Translations under genes and position numbers: made by a program | DNA from: a virus | Taxonomy: Duplodnaviria > Caudoviricetes | Reading direction: 5' to 3' (one strand) | IMG/VR virus record: IMGVR_UViG_3300034073_001024 | Coordinates: 1-55,227 of that record | Length of the DNA: 55,227 nucleotides | Notes under the pieces: generated by a model | What the model was told of the DNA's origin: nothing | Database searches by the model: none | Seen by the model: the letters and a program-made list of their open reading frames with translations, nothing else | Shown: piece after piece, positions 51,432 to 55,227 of the stretch | Position numbering within the stretch: position 1 is the stretch's first letter | How the letters are laid out: every line of letters begins with the position of its first letter

Positions 51432-53979
51432 ATTGACGCCTGACTTAAGTGCAACACAAGCACTCGTGTATGAGGCGCTTGAAGATGTAACCGATGACAT
51501 CGGTCAGTTTGGGCAAGATGCCGGCCCGCATGGCGCGCATTATATGGATGCAAGTCCATTCGCCGATAAGGGTGTGGTGTGCTCAAATTGTGCGTTTTAC
51601 GCCGGACCGCGTGCGTGTGAAATCGTCAGCGGCGACATCGCACCGGAAGGCATTTGTAAGTTCTGGATCATCCCGGAACGGCTGATGATTGAATCACCGG
51701 AGGCTGCAACCGGCCGGCCGTATCCAAATGAACATGCCGCACGGCTGAAAGATCCAGCGCAGTATGACCGCTTGCGGCGACGCAACGATGCTGGCGGCAA
51801 AGGCGTTGACTTTATCTTTGGCATCAAGGCCGGCCAGCCGGTTGAATTGCAAGCTGTTCGATTCCGCTCTGCGCAGTTCACTGCAGCCGAGGCACGCAAA
51901 TGGCTGAGTGATCGTGATTACAGCCCAATTGAGTTTGAAGAAGCTACGGGTGATCGTAGACTTGTGGAAAATGTAAGCAGACAAATGGAGGCCGGTGATT
52001 TTGTCGAATGGGATTCATCTGGTGGTATGGCACGCGGCCGGATTGATCGCATCGTGACGGAGGGCAGCATTGATGTACCGGGATCCAGCGTAACGATCAA
52101 CGCTAGCGAAGATGATCCTGCTGCATTGATCACGGTGTACCAGGAATCTGACAACGGGTGGGAAGCTTCTGATGTAAAGGTTGGCCATCGCGTATCAACG
52201 CTGAAAAAGATCCCAGCGCTGCGTTTCATGGAAGGCAAGCGGTATCACCGCAGCGAGGCAACGCGGTTTGATGCGGTCGAGGATCGAATTTACGAATTTC
52301 CATTCAGCTCTGAATATCCCGTGCAGCGGTACTTCGGCAATGAAGTGCTGAACCATGATGCACAAGCTGCTGATCTTAGCCGCTTGAATGATGGTGCACC
52401 GCTGCTGTTTAACCATGATCCCGATAAGGTGATTGGTGTTGTTGAGCGCGCGTATATTGATGACAAGAAACGTCGCGGTTACGCGCGTGTGCGGTTCAGC
52501 CGCAATGCATTTGCGCAGGAAATCCTGAGCGATGTTAAGGATGGCATTCTCAGGAATGTCTCCTTTGGTTATTCCATCGACAAGATGGAAGAACGCAGCG
52601 GTGATTTTATTGCTACTGCGTGGTCACCTTTTGAGGTGTCGCTGGTTTCAATCCCGGCCGATCCGGGTGTCGGAATCGGCCGGTCTCTTGAGACCGAACA
52701 AGCTGCTCCGGCAGCACCAAACCCTGATCCCATTTCTGAAATGGAAAACGCTACCCCTGATCTGGCGGTGGTGCGAGCCGAAGCCGCTGAGGCCGAACGC
52801 TCCCGCATCGCTGGTATCAATGCACTGTGCGATAAGCACAACATGGCTGATCTTGGCCGCCAGCTGATTGAATCCGGCCGTTCAATCGATGAGGCTCGCG
52901 CGGCAGTTCTGGAGCAAATCTCTGCCAAACCCATGGAACAGATCAAGACTGCCGACATCACCTCTAACGATGTTGGCCTTTCCGATAAGGAAACCCGTTC
53001 GTTCAGCTTCGCTCGTGCGCTGAACTATCTGGCTAACCCCAGTGATGCTAATGCACGCCGCGCCGCTGAATTTGAGATTGAAGTCGGCAAGGCTGCTGCT
53101 CAAAAATACGAGCGCTCCTCGAATGGCATCGTGATCCCTAACGAGGTGCTGCGTCGTGATCTGGTGGTTGGTACGCCGACCGCTGGCGGCAACCTTGTGG
53201 CTGATGAACTGCTCGCTGGTAGCTTCATCGACCTGCTGCGCAACCGCCTGGCGCTGGCCCAGGCTGGAGTGACCATGCTGACCGGCCTGCAAGGCAACAT
53301 CAGCATCCCCCGTCAGACTTCTGCCGCTACTGCTTACTGGGTTGGTGAAAACACTTCCCCGACCGAAAGCCAGCAGGCGATCGACCAGGTGAACATGACG
53401 CCAAAGACTGTGGGCGCCTATGTGGATTACAGCCGTCGACTGCTGCTGCAGTCCAGCATCGACGTGGAAGGCATGATCCGCAGTGATCTTGCTCGCGTGA
53501 TTGCTCTTGAACTTGACCGCGCTGCGATCTACGGCACTGGCTCCAGCAATCAACCGCTTGGACTTGCCAATACCACCGGCATCGGCAGCCAGACCATTAC
53601 CAGCTTCGGCACCTTTGCTGAATATATCGGCATGGAAACCGATGTGGCAGCCGCTAATGCCGATGCTGGCAGCCTGCGTTATATCATCAACGCATCCGCC
53701 CGCGGTGCACTGAAGAGCACCGAGAAAGCTGCCAACACCGGCATGTTTGTGTTTGAGGATGGTGAAATCAATGGCTACCCTGCCATTGTTTCCAACCAGC
53801 TGCAGAACAATGATGCCCTGTTTGGCGACTTCTCCATGCTGATCATGGGCATGTGGTCGGGCCTGGATCTGACCGTTGATCCGTATGCTGGCGCTACCGC
53901 CGGCACCGTCCGCGTGATTGCTCTGCAGGATGTGGATGTTGCCGTGAAGCAACCTAGCGCCTTCTGCCTGGGCACCTGA
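51415..53979 (+). CDS. Polyprotein: HiPIP-like, unknown, TUDOR/DUF2945-like, HK97 prohead protease and HK97-fold major capsid domains
   Basis: CSNC..C..GIC.FW; GDFVEWDSSGG; LLFNHD, VSFGY, EVSLVSIPAD; AGGNLV, AYWVGE, FGDFS. Confidence 0.9.
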   Translation: MDSNRELTPDLSATQALVYEALEDVTDDIGQFGQDAGPHGAHYMDASPFADKGVVCSNCAFYAGPRACEIVSGDIAPEGICKFWIIPERLMIESPEAATGRPYPNEHAARLKDPAQYDRLRRRNDAGGKGVDFIFGIKAGQPVELQAVRFRSAQFTAAEARKWLSDRDYSPIEFEEATGDRRLVENVSRQMEAGDFVEWDSSGGMARGRIDRIVTEGSIDVPGSSVTINASEDDPAALITVYQESDNGWEASDVKVGHRVSTLKKIPALRFMEGKRYHRSEATRFDAVEDRIYEFPFSSEYPVQRYFGNEVLNHDAQAADLSRLNDGAPLLFNHDPDKVIGVVERAYIDDKKRRGYARVRFSRNAFAQEILSDVKDGILRNVSFGYSIDKMEERSGDFIATAWSPFEVSLVSIPADPGVGIGRSLETEQAAPAAPNPDPISEMENATPDLAVVRAEAAEAERSRIAGINALCDKHNMADLGRQLIESGRSIDEARAAVLEQISAKPMEQIKTADITSNDVGLSDKETRSFSFARALNYLANPSDANARRAAEFEIEVGKAAAQKYERSSNGIVIPNEVLRRDLVVGTPTAGGNLVADELLAGSFIDLLRNRLALAQAGVTMLTGLQGNISIPRQTSAATAYWVGENTSPTESQQAIDQVNMTPKTVGAYVDYSRRLLLQSSIDVEGMIRSDLARVIALELDRAAIYGTGSSNQPLGLANTTGIGSQTITSFGTFAEYIGMETDVAAANADAGSLRYIINASARGALKSTEKAANTGMFVFEDGEINGYPAIVSNQLQNNDALFGDFSMLIMGMWSGLDLTVDPYAGATAGTVRVIALQDVDVAVKQPSAFCLGT

Positions 53980-53981
53980 TC

Positions 53982-54200
53982 ATGAAGGTTGAGATCCTGC
54001 GACCCGTCATGATCTCAGGGGAGCCGGTTTCGGCCGGCTCTTTCGTTGAGGTCAGCCAAGCTGACGGCAATTTGTTGATCGGCAGCCATAAGGCTATTGC
54101 CGTTGCTGCTAAACCTGTCCCTGTTGAGGTGACAGAAGAACCGAAGCCAAAGCGTCGCGCGAAGGCTGCGGTTGAATGCACACTTCCCAGTGAGGATTGA
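53982..54200 (+). CDS. Small head-associated protein
   Basis: MKVEILRPVMISGE; directly after capsid. Confidence 0.65.
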   Translation: MKVEILRPVMISGEPVSAGSFVEVSQADGNLLIGSHKAIAVAAKPVPVEVTEEPKPKRRAKAAVECTLPSED

Positions 54201-54202
54201 TC

Positions 54203-54583
54203 ATGGCAATTCCTCAGCAAGGCTTAGAAAAGCTTGATTTGATCGCCGGCCATCCTACTGCCACTCGCACTGCTACTGGTCAAACCAGTGGCATTGATCT
54301 GCGGTTGTATGACGGTGATGTGATGCTCCTGCTGGATTCTGCGGCCGGCACCGGCACCAGCCCAACGCTGGATGTAACTATCGAGGATTCTGCTGATAAC
54401 AGCAGCTTTGCTGCGATCAGCGGCGCTGCTTTTGCGCAGGTTGGCGCCGCAGCATCAGCGCAGAAGTTGGTGATTAGCAAGGACAGCGCACGTCGCTATG
54501 TGCGGATCAAGTACACCATCGGCGGCACCACGCCAAGTTTTACCTTTTCCGTAAATGCCTTCGGCGCACGGAAGTACGGCTAG
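54203..54583 (+). CDS. Capsid decoration/cement-like protein
   Basis: GIDLRLYDG...LDVTIEDSADNSSF...RRYVRI beta-sandwich. Confidence 0.65.
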   Translation: MAIPQQGLEKLDLIAGHPTATRTATGQTSGIDLRLYDGDVMLLLDSAAGTGTSPTLDVTIEDSADNSSFAAISGAAFAQVGAAASAQKLVISKDSARRYVRIKYTIGGTTPSFTFSVNAFGARKYG

Positions 54584-54607
54584 ACTGTAAGCGGTGAGGA
54601 CACTGGT

Positions 54608-54640
54608 GCCCTGGGCTATGGTGACGGCTCAGGGCTTTTT
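54608..54640 (+). terminator. Rho-independent terminator
   Basis: GCCCTGGGC-loop-GCTCAGGGC-TTTTT. Confidence 0.75.
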
Positions 54641-54678
54641 CATGTATACTTTGCTGGTCCCGTTATTTACCCTACCTA

Positions 54679-55011
54679 ATGCTCAAGGGATCTGAACTGC
54701 TCGCCAAGGTGAAGGAGCTTGGCGATGCGCCTAAGTCTGAGATGGTACGCAGCTGTGGCTATGTAAGCACCAATAAGGACGGCAGCGAGCGGCTGAATTT
54801 CACTGCGTTCTATGAAGCACTGCTGCAAGCCGAGGGGGTTGAACTGACCAGCGGTAAGAAGCCTGGCCGCAAGTTGCCGTATCGCGCGAAGGTGCAATTT
54901 AACGGTGCACTGCAAGTTGGTGAAGCGTACCTTAAGCAGATAGGTGCTGCGCCTGGCGCTGAGTTTGAGATCAAAGTGAGCCGGAACAGTATTACGCTGA
55001 CTGCCGCATAG
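54679..55011 (+). CDS. abrB: Cyanobacterial AbrB-like (cyAbrB) regulator
   Basis: LKGSELLAKVKEL...CGYV...RLNFTAFYEALL.A.G; GRKLPY...VQFNG.L.VG.AY...PG.EFEIK. Confidence 0.9.
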   Translation: MLKGSELLAKVKELGDAPKSEMVRSCGYVSTNKDGSERLNFTAFYEALLQAEGVELTSGKKPGRKLPYRAKVQFNGALQVGEAYLKQIGAAPGAEFEIKVSRNSITLTAA

Positions 55012-55074
55012 ACTGCAACGACCGCCGCTCTGCCTCATCTGAGGCATCGGATCTCGCCGGACTGATCACCCGGC

Positions 55075-55149
55075 CACCCAGTCCGAGCCAATGGATAGGA
55101 CGGCTTCTGCTGCTGCAGGGCGATGCGGGTTCGATTCCCGCCTGGGTGC
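55075..55149 (+). ncRNA. tRNA-like element (non-canonical D and anticodon arms)
   Basis: Acceptor CACCCAG/CTGGGTG; T-arm GCGGG-TTCGATT-CCCGC; 75 nt; spans the circular junction. Confidence 0.6.
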
Positions 55150-55227
55150 TGCTTAGACTAGCGATATGACGATCGCCGATGACCTAGAGGCATTTTTCAG
55201 CTTTGATGCTGTGACGGTGACGAATGG
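55101..55227. repeat. Terminal direct repeat (copy 2)
   Basis: Identical to 1-127. Confidence 0.95.

Noticed and set aside
52882-53952. Long antisense ORFs (also 1975-2886, 45115-45825, 29933-30613)
   Set aside because: Shadows of GC-rich genes on the opposite strand with no recognisable motifs
55110-55149. attP core derived from a host tRNA 3' end
   Set aside because: No integrase found, and the matching 5' acceptor strand is present, arguing for a folded RNA; not fully excluded
55101-55227. 127-bp terminal repeat as a biological DTR
   Set aside because: Length matches an assembler k-mer, it cuts through a gene and the tRNA-like element, and a cos-like site exists elsewhere

Overview
The window is a complete, circular lambda-like siphovirus genome of about 55,100 bp. 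Bases 55101-55227 repeat bases 1-127, which is typical of an assembly overlap. The host is inferred to be a picocyanobacterium (Synechococcus/Cyanobium-like), from a cyanobacterial-type RpoD-family sigma factor, SSB and cyAbrB. The + strand carries a P4-alpha-like primase-helicase, an iteron-rich putative origin, DnaN, a lambda-like cos region, terminase, portal, a protease-capsid polyprotein, the tail (G/T frameshift, tape measure, gpM/L/K/I/J), tail fibres and lysis genes. The - strand (23.4-41.0 kb) carries the early/accessory arm: sigma factor, dCTP deaminase, SSB, RecE/RecT-like pair, two SF2 helicases, a methyltransferase, an HNH homing endonuclease and many very small ORFs. I found no integrase, reverse transcriptase or CRISPR array. 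The most unusual signals are: (i) four copies of a 55-60 nt intergenic module predicted to form a covarying H-type pseudoknot between small genes downstream of three look-alike early promoters; (ii) a HiPIP-like 4-Cys domain at the N-terminus of the protease-capsid polyprotein, plus a second free HiPIP-like ORF; (iii) a non-canonical tRNA-like RNA behind cyAbrB; (iv) a pseudoknotted leader upstream of NrdR-like/dcd; (v) GTAR-N9-CTAA junctions between mini-genes; (vi) a homing endonuclease that appears to have split off and replaced the helicase 5' end. All family calls come from motif recognition by eye; no database searches were run.
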